Source of the DNA: Candidatus Dojkabacteria bacterium
GTDB lineage: Bacteria > Patescibacteriota > Dojkabacteria > SC72
Assembly (NCBI GenBank): GCA_050943415.1
Contig: JBMNPD010000004.1
Location: 1-58,986 of the forward strand
DNA: 58,986 nt
Direction of reading: 5' to 3'
Part shown: positions 34,543 through 44,343 of the stretch, in pieces
Layout: each line of letters begins with the position of its first letter
How positions within the stretch are numbered: the first letter of the stretch is position 1
Notes under the pieces: generated by a model
Told to the model about the DNA's origin: nothing
The model's database searches: none
Seen by the model: the letters and a program-made list of their open reading frames with translations, nothing else
Made by a program: the position numbers and the translations under genes

Positions 34543-36814
34543 TACTGTTCTATTTTATTGGTTTATTGTGTTGCTAGGCTTTGTGTCTAGTATATGGCCT
34601 TTCATGATGTATCTCAGAGAGAGGAATGAAAAGGCCTATATCTACCTTGCTCTTCTTGGTATTGTTGTCGGTCCTATTTGGTCTACTGCTTGTGTTGGTT
34701 TTCTAACTACGAATACATATGAAATTGGTAATATCTGGATAAAGGTTATCTATATGTCTTCCATTGCTATGGGCCTGTTCCATTTCCTCTTTACTAGTAA
34801 TTATTTAGAAAAAAGAAAGGTAAATGTCGTGACTTATTTGATTCTTATTATCGGTGGAGTCATTTTGTCTTATACGATATTATTTACAAACTATTTTGTC
34901 GAATCTATACACATTGGTGAGGAGAATTATGCTCGTGTTGGTATTTGCTATTACATCTGGTTAATATGGTTTTCATATGTCTTTTCGGGTAATCTTTTAC
35001 ATATACTTGAACAGTACAGGAACTTATCTTTCATAAAGAAAGAGCAACATAAGTACTTAATAGTTGCTTTTACTTTAACAAGTATTGGAGCTTTTCCAAC
35101 CAATGTAATTCTTCCTATATGGGGAGTATACAAGTATATATGGATAGGTCCAGCATTATTCTCGATTTCAAACTTCATTGTTTACTACGGTCTTACCCAA
35201 ACTAAGTTTGTAAAAACATCGAAGATAATTAGAGAATTCCTAAGAATAATCTCTAATTATATACTTCCAGTGATGGTGCTAGTTTATTTAATGGTAAATA
35301 ATGAGAAGTTGTTTTTTTTGCTCAATATAGAAAATGATTTGTTTAAGTATGTTATTTTAATATTACTCGTTATTTTCCTTCTTAAATTGATAGAAATATT
35401 GTCGAAAAATTTATTTATTTCAGAAAAAGATATATTAGAAAATTCTGTTAAAAGTTTCTCTTATGAAATTAGTAGAAAAACAGATTTAGAGGAGCTTTCA
35501 GAATCTACTTTGAAATATATTAGTAGTAAGACTTCTATTACTACTTCGAAAATACTGATTTATGATGATGCAAACAAGAAACTTTATGATTTCTCAAACG
35601 GAGAATGGAAGTTGAAAAATCAAGATAAAATATTTATTGAAGTTCCTACATATTGGCGGGATGCTGTAGAAGAAATTGAACCACTAGTTCGAGCAGAGTT
35701 GGAGTATATGAGGAATAAGAATCCTTTGGGTTATAGAAATTTTGTTGGTATATTGAATCTTCTAGAGATAGATAAAATACAAGTGGTATATCCTATTATT
35801 GCAGGCCAAAAGATAGTAGGACTTCTCTTAATCAAAGATTTAGTAGAGAATAGTATCTTTAGTTCATCTGAGTTGCTTCTTTTGGATAGAATCTATGTTC
35901 ACTTTCACAATGCAGTTAACAGAGCACTACTGTATGAACAGCTTCAGACTTTTAATCAAATTTTACAAGCAAGGGTAAATGAGCAAACCAAAGAACTACA
36001 ATTAAAGGTTGAACAACTACAAGAGGCTCGTAAAAAGGAGAGAGATATGATTGATATAATGGGACATGAATTGAGAACACCGGCTACTGTTGTTAAATTG
36101 AATGCTGAATTTTTAAGTAGATTTTCTTCAGAAATACAATCTGATCCAGCTAGCTATCAGAAGTGTCTTAAAAGAATACAAGATTCAATAGAAAATGAAA
36201 TAAATTTAATTAATACTCTCTTAAGTAGTGCGAAGTTGGAAGGAGACAAGATTGATTTAAATCTTGAAGCAGTAGATATCAAACAAGAGATAGAAATGGC
36301 AGTACATGCTAACGAAAGTAATGCTGAAGGTAAGGGCTTACAACTAGTCAATAAAACAGATTCTAATACTCCTCGAGTATATGCAGATAAGTCTAGAACT
36401 GTAGAAGTGTTAAATAACTTGATTGATAATGCGATTAAATACACAGAACAAGGGGAAGTAGAAGTCAACACTCAGTTTGATGATGAATTTGTTACTGTAA
36501 ATGTTATAGATACGGGCCAAGGAATACCTGAGGAAGATATTCCTAAATTGGGTCAGAAGTTCTTTAGAATAAACAACTATGTAGAATCTAGTAAAGATGA
36601 TAAGGTAGATATAATAAGACCAGGTGGTAGTGGTTTAGGTTTGTATGTTGCATTTAATCTAATTGAAAAAATGAATGGTAAGATATCTGTACAGAGTGAG
36701 GTAGGTAAAGGTTCAGTATTTTCTTTCTCTTTGCCTAGGTTCAAAGGTGAGCAAGCAGAGAAGAAAGAATCTTCCAAGAATATGTTTGAAAGGTTAAATC
36801 TAGTAAGAAAGTAG
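34535..36814 (+). CDS. multi-TM sensor histidine kinase
   Basis: Has about 8 N-terminal TM helices. The H-box is MGHELRTPATV, the N-box NLIDNAIKYT, G1 DTGQGI and G2 GGSGLGL. It overlaps the upstream gene by 8 nt. Confidence 0.85.
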   Translation: MNSTVLFYWFIVLLGFVSSIWPFMMYLRERNEKAYIYLALLGIVVGPIWSTACVGFLTTNTYEIGNIWIKVIYMSSIAMGLFHFLFTSNYLEKRKVNVVTYLILIIGGVILSYTILFTNYFVESIHIGEENYARVGICYYIWLIWFSYVFSGNLLHILEQYRNLSFIKKEQHKYLIVAFTLTSIGAFPTNVILPIWGVYKYIWIGPALFSISNFIVYYGLTQTKFVKTSKIIREFLRIISNYILPVMVLVYLMVNNEKLFFLLNIENDLFKYVILILLVIFLLKLIEILSKNLFISEKDILENSVKSFSYEISRKTDLEELSESTLKYISSKTSITTSKILIYDDANKKLYDFSNGEWKLKNQDKIFIEVPTYWRDAVEEIEPLVRAELEYMRNKNPLGYRNFVGILNLLEIDKIQVVYPIIAGQKIVGLLLIKDLVENSIFSSSELLLLDRIYVHFHNAVNRALLYEQLQTFNQILQARVNEQTKELQLKVEQLQEARKKERDMIDIMGHELRTPATVVKLNAEFLSRFSSEIQSDPASYQKCLKRIQDSIENEINLINTLLSSAKLEGDKIDLNLEAVDIKQEIEMAVHANESNAEGKGLQLVNKTDSNTPRVYADKSRTVEVLNNLIDNAIKYTEQGEVEVNTQFDDEFVTVNVIDTGQGIPEEDIPKLGQKFFRINNYVESSKDDKVDIIRPGGSGLGLYVAFNLIEKMNGKISVQSEVGKGSVFSFSLPRFKGEQAEKKESSKNMFERLNLVRK

Positions 36815-37077
36815 AAAGTCTGTTGTAGCTTGGTTACATATGCAAGAGAAGTTTACATTTGATGAAATCAAAGAATATCTTCCTAAAGAATATACAAAGC
36901 TGTTTGAGGAATGGTTAGATTTAGAATATGTGAATATATAAAATTATTATTCTGACTAAAGATTATAACAGTTTTAATATAGTTGGAATGTTTTCTGTTT
37001 TATGTAATCTAGAATGAATTCCGAAAAGTCATACTAAATGATGTATAATTATTTCATATAACTTTAGAAGAAAACAT

Positions 37078-38034
37078 ATGCAATTTCTAACACAATATTC
37101 AGTAGAAGATTTAGTAGAAATTTTTAAAGATAAGTTTGTTCCTAATGAGCAAGTTGTCATAAAGATGCATTTTGGAGAACCGGGTAATAATACTGCACTT
37201 AAACCGGAAGATGTTAAGCCATTTCTAGATGCATTAACAAAGTTGGGTTTTAATACATTAATGGTAGATACGCCAGTAACATATGATTCTCCTAGAAAAA
37301 CAAAAGAGGGATATGAAAATGTTATCAAAGAGAGAGGGTATGATAGAGTTGGGAAGTACATGGTAGAAGACGAATATGTGGATGTTGATATTGATGGTAT
37401 GACGTTTGAGGTAGCTAAGGTACTTGCAGAGGCTAAGAATGTTTTAGTGTTGTCCCATGTTAAAGGTCATGAGTGTGCTGGTTTTGGTGGTGCTATTAAA
37501 AATTTGGGTATGGGTGCATTATCTGCCAAAACAAAAGCAATGATTCATCAAGCCTCTAAACCTAATATTGATTCTGAGAAATGTGTGGGGTGTGGTATTT
37601 GTGCTAACTTATGCCCTGGAAAGGCTATTACTATTGATGAGGGGAAAGCTAATGCTGATTGGAATGAATGTTGGGGTTGCTCAATATGTGAGCTTAATTG
37701 TCCTCATGAGGCTTTGACTCCTAACTTAAGACTTTTTGATGATGCTTTAGCTATGGGTGCATGTGCTGCCATAAAGGTAATGCCTAAAAATACTTTCTAT
37801 GTTAATTTGGTAAAAAATATTACTAAGCGTTGTGATTGTGAGAGTGATCCTGGAGATATTGTGGCTCAGGATATAGGGACATTATTCTCAGAAAACCCTG
37901 TTGATATTGATAGTAAGAGTATTGATATGATTAATGAGAAAGAAGGAAAAAATGTTTTTAAGACTGTTAATCACAAGGATCCTAAATTACAATTAACATA
38001 CGCAGAGAAGTATTGTGCGTTTAGAATGGAGTAA
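37078..38034 (+). CDS. DUF362-type Fe-S protein with two 4Fe-4S ferredoxin motifs
   Basis: Has CVGCGICANLCP and CWGCSICELNCP. Confidence 0.75.
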   Translation: MQFLTQYSVEDLVEIFKDKFVPNEQVVIKMHFGEPGNNTALKPEDVKPFLDALTKLGFNTLMVDTPVTYDSPRKTKEGYENVIKERGYDRVGKYMVEDEYVDVDIDGMTFEVAKVLAEAKNVLVLSHVKGHECAGFGGAIKNLGMGALSAKTKAMIHQASKPNIDSEKCVGCGICANLCPGKAITIDEGKANADWNECWGCSICELNCPHEALTPNLRLFDDALAMGACAAIKVMPKNTFYVNLVKNITKRCDCESDPGDIVAQDIGTLFSENPVDIDSKSIDMINEKEGKNVFKTVNHKDPKLQLTYAEKYCAFRME

Positions 38035-38082
38035 TATATCTGATACCTATGTGATAGATTAGTTTTGATATAGTTTGTATAT

Positions 38083-38643
38083 ATGAAAATTCTAGCTATT
38101 GCAGATAGACCACCAAGAGAAGGCATCTCCAAACTACTAAGTGAGAATTTGATTGAATTGATTTTAACATTAGGAGATTTAGATTATATGTCCTTAAGGG
38201 AATTGGAGGATATTCAAAATATTCCTAAACTTGGTGTGTATGGAAATCATTGTTCTGGGCAGTATTTTGAACCTCTTGGTATTACAAACTTACACTTGAG
38301 AATTGTTGAGTATGGAGGACTCACCTTTGGAGGTTTTGAAGGATCAATTCGCTACAAAGAATCAGAATATGCAAAGATGTATACACAAGAGGAGGCTAGT
38401 TTATTACTGAAAGATTTTCCACATGTAGATGTTATGATTTCACATTCTCCTCCCTTTGGAATAAATGATGAACCAGATAGTGATTCTCATCAAGGTTTCA
38501 AAGCATTAAGAGAATATATCCAATTAAAAAATCCTAAGTATTTCTTGCATGGGCATACTTATCCTACTAAGGAAACTTTGCAAGACAGATTTGAAAATAC
38601 GAGCATTGTATACATATACCAAGATTGTATTTTAGAATTGTAG
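38083..38643 (+). CDS. metallophosphoesterase
   Basis: Has LGDLDY, GNHC, ISHSPPFG and LHGHTY (calcineurin-like motif order). Confidence 0.7.
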   Translation: MKILAIADRPPREGISKLLSENLIELILTLGDLDYMSLRELEDIQNIPKLGVYGNHCSGQYFEPLGITNLHLRIVEYGGLTFGGFEGSIRYKESEYAKMYTQEEASLLLKDFPHVDVMISHSPPFGINDEPDSDSHQGFKALREYIQLKNPKYFLHGHTYPTKETLQDRFENTSIVYIYQDCILEL

Positions 38644-38704
38644 ATGTGTAATTACGATACGGAGATTGAGTAGATAGAGATGAAATAGAAGGTATGTTTC
38701 AAGA

Positions 38705-39313
38705 TTAAAGAGACAGTATCATATCAAAATTTTCAATTCCTTCCTCATTCTTAAACTTACCAGCAATCTTAAATCCATGTTTTTGATAGTAGTTAATAGC
38801 TCTTGTATTGTCTGCAAAAACACCCCCATACAGTATGATATGCTTTTTACCTAGTAATTTTGCTATTTGCAATATATATGGAAATACTAGACTTCCTAAA
38901 CCTTTACTTTGATATTTATCTGCCAAAGTAGGACCAAATCTGCATGTATTATCTATATCTAATGCTAGACCATAGCTAGTATACTGATCTATAACATTCT
39001 GAGGAATGTCTAAAGTAAACTCTAATAATCCTACTATTTCTTGTTTCTGATTCTCTAAAACAAATCGTAATTTGTCATATTTGCTAATAGCATTACATAA
39101 TTCTGTTGCAGTTGTTTTGTCATAGCTATCAAATGTACTTAGTCTTCGTGTCTCTTTTGAAAGATTTTCTAAAAAAGATGTAAGTTTTTCAATATCACAA
39201 TGAGATAATGGACGAAGAATTATCTTTTCTCCTGATTGTGTTTGAAGTTCCCAAGTATATAATTTTGAGTTTTGCTCAAAGTCTTTAAGTGTTAATTTAT
39301 TTTCTTTGTTCAT
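38705..39313 (-). CDS. GNAT family N-acetyltransferase
   Basis: Has YQSKGLGSLVFPYILQIAK (QxxGxG/A), and YYQKHGFK at the C-terminus. Confidence 0.7.
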   Translation of the reverse strand: MNKENKLTLKDFEQNSKLYTWELQTQSGEKIILRPLSHCDIEKLTSFLENLSKETRRLSTFDSYDKTTATELCNAISKYDKLRFVLENQKQEIVGLLEFTLDIPQNVIDQYTSYGLALDIDNTCRFGPTLADKYQSKGLGSLVFPYILQIAKLLGKKHIILYGGVFADNTRAINYYQKHGFKIAGKFKNEEGIENFDMILSL

Positions 39314-39415
39314 AGGAAGATTATATCAATATTATTTACAAAAGAGATAATATAAAAAGTAGAGTAGTAGTATCGATATTGATATACTCTAGTGATAAAA
39401 TAAATTAAGATAAAA

Positions 39416-39946
39416 ATGGGAGAGAAAGTATTACCAAAAACAATAAGAATAGGAGATACCTCATCTTTAGAAAAGCAAGGAAGAATTAATACATCAGCTG
39501 GTTGTTATGTTATACGAAAGATAGATGAGAGTATACAGTTACTTATTATCAAAAAGACTTGGCCAAATGGAGATGTAAGGTATGTTCTTCCTAAAGGACA
39601 TAAGGAAAGAGGGGAAACTTTGGAAGAAACTGCTATTAGGGAGACAAAAGAAGAGTCTGGTTTTACAGATATAACATTATTGAGATATCTTGGCTCAAGT
39701 ACATACGAATTAGATTGGGATGAGATACAGATGAAAACAGATCATTACTATTTAGCTTTGTTAAATAGTGAGAAAGAAGGAGGTAAACAACCTGAGACAT
39801 ATGAAGATGGTGTTGTAATAGAGAATCAATGGATAGATTTAGATAGAGCATTAGAATTACTTACATTTGAGAATAATCCTGAAATACATGATTTATTAAA
39901 GCAATATATAAATCAAGACATTTTGAAGTTTACTAATCCTGATTAG
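39416..39946 (+). CDS. NUDIX hydrolase
   Basis: The Nudix box is LPKGHKERGETLEETAIRETKEESGF. Confidence 0.8.
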   Translation: MGEKVLPKTIRIGDTSSLEKQGRINTSAGCYVIRKIDESIQLLIIKKTWPNGDVRYVLPKGHKERGETLEETAIRETKEESGFTDITLLRYLGSSTYELDWDEIQMKTDHYYLALLNSEKEGGKQPETYEDGVVIENQWIDLDRALELLTFENNPEIHDLLKQYINQDILKFTNPD

Positions 39947-40391
39947 TATACAATACAAGGAAAGGTAAATCTTTTAAATTGTAATTAAACATTTTGTGAT
40001 TTCTATTACCTTCTGTAATATGTGCAGTTCTTACGATTAATGATTTTTTTGTTACAAATGGATACAGTCTAATCTCTTGCATTTGTTCACCATGATTTTC
40101 CCAGATAAAATTTGTAATGAGAGGGGGCATTAGATAGCCAGATTTTAATACTTTATCTACAATGTTCCATCCAGCTCCGAATATGATGTTATGTGGTTTA
40201 GTTCTATTTGTTTTAATTTGGGCTCTAAACTGACATGCAGTACATTGTATATCACATAAAGGAAAGTTTGGTGGTAAAAGCATTAATTCTTTACCACAAT
40301 TAGGACATTTTATCTTTTTAATGACATCTTTTTCACCTTCATCTCCTATAATACGATTAGTGCGAATAAATTCTTGTGTTGTATTTGACAT
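39933..40391 (-). CDS. short DpnI/Dam-replacing-family-like PD-(D/E)xK protein with zinc ribbon
   Basis: CPNCGKEL...FPLCDIQCTACQFRAQIKT resembles, from memory, the CPxCG...DFxCxxC...ExK catalytic-domain layout of DpnI. It is only 152 aa and has no winged-helix domain. Confidence 0.35.
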   Translation of the reverse strand: MSNTTQEFIRTNRIIGDEGEKDVIKKIKCPNCGKELMLLPPNFPLCDIQCTACQFRAQIKTNRTKPHNIIFGAGWNIVDKVLKSGYLMPPLITNFIWENHGEQMQEIRLYPFVTKKSLIVRTAHITEGNRNHKMFNYNLKDLPFLVLYTNQD

Positions 40392-40433
40392 AGAAGTAAT
40401 TGGTTAATTTACTACCCTATTATACATATTTGG

Positions 40434-41420
40434 GTGATTAAGGGATATAATGATATTGTAAATATGGTAGACATTATTTCAAAAGTTGAAAGAAAACCTA
40501 GACAATCGTTAGAGTTCTATAATTGGGCTCATCAGGAGATAAATGAGAACTTAAACAAATGGTTAGGAATGAAGAGATCTGAAAAAATTGAATTAAAAGC
40601 TATGGATGGAGGAATAATATCTATAGTATATGATATTGTAAATCCATTAAATTTGAATGTGGTAATAAAGATACAGGACCAAAAATACGCTTATGGAGAT
40701 ATTTTAGCAGAATCTGTTTGTAAAGAATTAAATATTAAAACACCTCGTATTTATTATCATTCGGTTGTGCATAAGAATAACAGTTCTTATGTTATTGAAG
40801 TTTTTGAAAAAATAAAGTTTCCTCTACTCTCTGATTATTTCTCTCAAACAAAAGATTTCTCTGCAATAAGGCAGCTAGGAGAGAGTATCAGAGTTTTAAA
40901 TTCTAAGAATACTAATGGTTTTGGAGGTTTTAAGAGTATAAGTTTAGATGGAGAATTTAAGAGTCCTAGCAAATTTCTAACTAAACTATTTTTAAATGAA
41001 GAAATAATTAAAGCAAATATTCAAAATAAGATTTTTAATATTGAAGAGGTGGAGATTTTAAAGAAAAAGATTAAAACATTCAAATTTGAAAACAAGTCAT
41101 ACTTTTCTCATGGAGATATTCATTTAGGTAATTGCTCTTATGATAAATCTAATAAAAGTGTATGTTTATTTGATTTTAATCCAAAAGCTGCTCCAATGAT
41201 GTATGATCTAGCGTATTTTAGACTTAAATCACTAGCTAGAGGGAAAAAAGATATATGGGAATCTTTTATTCAAGGTTATGGAAAAGAAAATATAGACAAT
41301 GTTGAATTAGATTTACTTTCTACGTTAATGTCTTTTAAAAAATGTAAACAGTGGTATAAGGAGAAGGATAGTAAAAATTTTCATTGGGTACAAGAGGAAG
41401 TCAAGAGATATATTTCTTAG
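40434..41420 (+). CDS. aminoglycoside phosphotransferase/choline kinase-like protein kinase fold
   Basis: Has HGDIHLGNCSY (catalytic loop) and LFDFN (DFG-like). It uses a GTG start. Confidence 0.6.
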   Translation: MIKGYNDIVNMVDIISKVERKPRQSLEFYNWAHQEINENLNKWLGMKRSEKIELKAMDGGIISIVYDIVNPLNLNVVIKIQDQKYAYGDILAESVCKELNIKTPRIYYHSVVHKNNSSYVIEVFEKIKFPLLSDYFSQTKDFSAIRQLGESIRVLNSKNTNGFGGFKSISLDGEFKSPSKFLTKLFLNEEIIKANIQNKIFNIEEVEILKKKIKTFKFENKSYFSHGDIHLGNCSYDKSNKSVCLFDFNPKAAPMMYDLAYFRLKSLARGKKDIWESFIQGYGKENIDNVELDLLSTLMSFKKCKQWYKEKDSKNFHWVQEEVKRYIS

Positions 41421-41448
41421 TAGCAATAAATACAAGATGAAATAAAAA

Positions 41449-41525
41449 TGGCGGAATGGACGGGACTCGAACCCGCAACCTTCTCAGTGACAGTGAGATG
41501 CTCTAACCAATTGAGCTACCACTCC
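41449..41525 (-). tRNA. tRNA-Asp(GTC), CCA encoded
   Basis: The reverse complement folds as a cloverleaf: GGAGTGG / GCTC..GAGC / TCTCA-CTGTCAC-TGAGA / GCGGG-TTCGAGT-CCCGT / CCATTCC-G-CCA. Confidence 0.9.
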
Positions 41526-41607
41526 ATTAAGGTAAAAGAAGTATATCAAAATAGATGTTAAATGACAATAATCACCCTATTAGGAAGGTCTTCTTGTAGC
41601 ATCTTAA

Positions 41608-41928
41608 TTAAATATGTTTTTCTATAGCTTCTATATATGATTCCTTACTCTGTCCACCTATTAAAGTTTCTACAATCTCTCCATTTTTGAAAAGAAAAAC
41701 ACTTGGAATACTCATAATTTCATACTCAGTAGCAAGTGTACCCTCCTCATCTACATTTACCTTACCAACTTTAACCTTACCTTCATACTCCTTTGCTAAT
41801 TCATCTATGATAGGACTAGCCATTTGACAAGGTCCACACCAAGGAGCCCAAAAATCAACCAAAGCTACTCCACTGTAATCTTTTATCTCCTCTTTAAAAT
41901 TACTGTCTGTTAAACGTATAGATGACAT
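41608..41928 (-). CDS. trxA: thioredoxin
   Basis: Has the WCGPC active site and is 106 aa. Confidence 0.9.
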   Translation of the reverse strand: MSSIRLTDSNFKEEIKDYSGVALVDFWAPWCGPCQMASPIIDELAKEYEGKVKVGKVNVDEEGTLATEYEIMSIPSVFLFKNGEIVETLIGGQSKESYIEAIEKHI

Positions 41929-42011
41929 ATATTAAAAATTTCAAAAATTATGTATATATCTGTAGAATATGGGCATAATCACACATTCTTAGTATAATAC
42001 TACAGTATATC

Positions 42012-43100
42012 ATGAAAATAATAGATGTTAAGAAAAATAAAAAAGAAGCTATGGAGAAAGCTGTAATAGTCTTGAAAAACGGTGGGCTAATCGTATACCC
42101 AACTGAAACATGTTACGGAGTAGGAGGAGATGCTACAAATCCAGAAGCATTGAAGAAGATAATGAATTACAAAACATTAAGAGGATCAAAACCAATATCC
42201 ATAGCAGTATCAGATAGAAATATGGCAGAAGAGTATGTAGAACTGAATGAAATGGCTAGTAATATATACAAAAACTACTTGCCCGGTCCAATAACAGTCG
42301 TTTCTAAAAGCAAAGGTAATCTACAACCTCCAGTAGTATCAGTTAATGGTGGAGTAGGTGTTAGATATCCAGACTATACGTTTACATTAGAATTAATTAA
42401 ACAGTACGGTAAACCAATTACAGCTACATCTGCAAATGTATCATACAGATCTACACCTTACAGTATTCAAAAGTTGATTAAAGATTTGCCTAAACAAAGT
42501 CTTGAGCTTGTAGATCTTTTCTTAGATGCTGGAGAATTACCTAAGAACACACCATCTACAGTACTAGATACTACAATGAATCAACTTGCTACATTGAGAC
42601 AAGGAAAGATACAGTTTGAGAATTCCTTGAAAAAAGACAACCTGTTAGAGAAGAAAGAGAGTAAATCTACTGAGGAAACAGTAGAATTTGGAAAATATTT
42701 TGCTAAGAAGTATCTCTCTGAAGATATGCCTTGTGTAGTAGCATTAAGTGGTGAACTAGGTGCAGGTAAAACTCAGTTTGCTAAAGGTGTTGGAGATGAA
42801 CTTGGTGTTAAAGATGTTATCAATTCTCCTACGTATACAATTATTAATGAATATACATATATGAAGAAAGGTAAAGAGAGAGTATTAGCACATATGGATA
42901 CTTGGAGATTGGAGAGTGATGAACTTGGTAAGAGTGGTTTAGTTGAGCATATTGAGAATGGTGATGTTGTACTAATTGAATGGGCTGACAAATTTTTTCA
43001 AGAAATAAATGCTTTGTGTGACAATATGAATGTTAAGATGTACAAGGTTATTATTAAATATATTTCTTTGAATGAAAGGAGTATTGAAATTCATGAGTAA
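42012..43100 (+). CDS. tsaC-tsaE: fused TsaC/Sua5 (threonylcarbamoyl-AMP synthase) and TsaE ATPase
   Basis: The N-terminal YrdC fold carries GGLIVYPTETCYGVGGDA. The C-terminal half has the TsaE P-loop SGELGAGKTQFAKG and SPTYTIINEY. Confidence 0.8.
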   Translation: MKIIDVKKNKKEAMEKAVIVLKNGGLIVYPTETCYGVGGDATNPEALKKIMNYKTLRGSKPISIAVSDRNMAEEYVELNEMASNIYKNYLPGPITVVSKSKGNLQPPVVSVNGGVGVRYPDYTFTLELIKQYGKPITATSANVSYRSTPYSIQKLIKDLPKQSLELVDLFLDAGELPKNTPSTVLDTTMNQLATLRQGKIQFENSLKKDNLLEKKESKSTEETVEFGKYFAKKYLSEDMPCVVALSGELGAGKTQFAKGVGDELGVKDVINSPTYTIINEYTYMKKGKERVLAHMDTWRLESDELGKSGLVEHIENGDVVLIEWADKFFQEINALCDNMNVKMYKVIIKYISLNERSIEIHE

Positions 43101-44163
43101 AGACATACAGCCGTTGATATTGGCTATAGATACAAGTTGTGATGATACCTCAGTTGCAGTTTTAAAAGGTAGGAGGGTTCTCTCTTCTGTTGTTTCTTCT
43201 CAGGTAGAGATTCATGCTCAATGGGGCGGTGTTGTTCCTGATATTGCTAGAAGAGAGCATGAGAAAAATATCTCTTTGGTTTACTCAGAAGCTTTAAGAA
43301 AGGCTAAGGTAAGTATTGATGATGTTGAATATATTGCTTGTACATACGGTCCAGGTCTGGCTATTGATTTGGAGGTTGGTCTGGCTTTTGGCAAGGATTT
43401 AGCTATTAAGTATTCTAAATCTTTTGTGCCTGTTAATCATATGGAGGGTCATCTTCTCTCCTCTTTGTTATTGAATTCAAAAGGTAAAGGTTTTGTAGAG
43501 GGTAATGTAGATGAACTATTTCCAGGTATAGCTTTACTTGTTTCAGGTAAACATACGGAATTAGTGTATGTAAAAAGTATTGGAGAGTATGTTAAGTTGG
43601 GTGAGACTTTAGACGATGCAGTAGGAGAGGCTTTTGACAAGGTTGGTAGAATGTTAAATTTAGGATATCCTGGTGGTCCTGCTATTGGTGAATTTGCAAA
43701 GAGTGGCAAGAGTGGAAATATAACATTTACTGTTCCGATGAAGAATTCTAATGATTTGAATTTTAGTTATTCTGGTTTGAAGACGGCTTGTTTGTATAAA
43801 ACAAAAGAATTAAGAGAACAATATAGTAGTGACAAGGAGTGGGTATATGATTTCTGTAGAGGATTTTTAGGTACAGTTATTGAGTCTTTGAGGATAAAAT
43901 TGCAGAAAGCTATTGAGAAGTATCCTGATATTAAGAGTGTTTTAGTTGGTGGTGGAGTTATGAATAGTGAGGAGATTGTAAGAAAGATTGGTAGTTTAGT
44001 TAAGTCGTACGGTTTGAGGTATTTGTATCCAGATATTAAGTTTAGGGGTGACAATGCAGGTATGGTTGGTGTTGCTGCATATTTTAATATTTTGAATGGT
44101 AATTATTTAACAAAGAAGAAGGATATACAGGGAGTGGACAGAGAACCTAGGTTGAGTTTGTAA
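43093..44163 (+). CDS. tsaD: tRNA N6-adenosine threonylcarbamoyltransferase TsaD
   Basis: Has ILAIDTSCDDTSVAV and VNHMEGHL. Start set at the ATG at 43093 (SD AAAGGAG at 43075-43081), which forms an ATGAGTAA overlap with the tsaCE stop. Confidence 0.9.
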   Translation: MSKDIQPLILAIDTSCDDTSVAVLKGRRVLSSVVSSQVEIHAQWGGVVPDIARREHEKNISLVYSEALRKAKVSIDDVEYIACTYGPGLAIDLEVGLAFGKDLAIKYSKSFVPVNHMEGHLLSSLLLNSKGKGFVEGNVDELFPGIALLVSGKHTELVYVKSIGEYVKLGETLDDAVGEAFDKVGRMLNLGYPGGPAIGEFAKSGKSGNITFTVPMKNSNDLNFSYSGLKTACLYKTKELREQYSSDKEWVYDFCRGFLGTVIESLRIKLQKAIEKYPDIKSVLVGGGVMNSEEIVRKIGSLVKSYGLRYLYPDIKFRGDNAGMVGVAAYFNILNGNYLTKKKDIQGVDREPRLSL

Positions 44164-44177
44164 TAACTGTATCTCTA

Positions 44178-44222
44178 AGATGAACTTTTTCTGAACAAAG
44201 GCGAGGCCTAGGCCAGGCCTTG
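44178..44222 (+). repeat. repeat copy 1: AAGATGAACTTTTTCTGAAC + GC-rich palindrome
   Basis: The 20-nt core is at 44178-44197. The AGGCCT-aggcc-AGGCCT palindrome is at 44204-44220. Confidence 0.8.
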
Positions 44223-44274
44223 CAAAAATACAAAGCGTTTTTCTTGGTCTAAAGCTCTTTTTTGTTGTGTGTAA

Positions 44275-44343
44275 AAGATGAACTTTTTCTAAACGGAGGT
44301 CTGACCTAGGTCAGACCTAAAAGTGTTATTGAGTTTAAGTTTG
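44275..44343 (+). repeat. repeat copy 2 (69 nt): core + 20-nt perfect palindrome + GTTATTGAGTTTAAGTTTG
   Basis: The core AAGATGAACTTTTTCTAAAC starts at 44275. The palindrome GGTCTGACCTAGGTCAGACC is at 44298-44317, and the tail runs to 44343. Confidence 0.8.

Noticed and set aside
36840-36941. A 33-codon ORF (MQEKFTFDEIKEYLPKEYTKLFEEWLDLEYVNI) in the gap after the histidine kinase.
   Set aside because: It has no SD or promoter signal and no recognisable family, so it may be a chance ORF. It is kept only as a note and would need a conservation or translation test.
43072-43092. The upstream ATG (43072) as the tsaD start.
   Set aside because: It lies inside tsaCE, and its codons provide the SD (AAAGGAG) for the ATG at 43093. 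The TsaD N-terminus aligns from MSKDIQPLILAIDTSCDDT.
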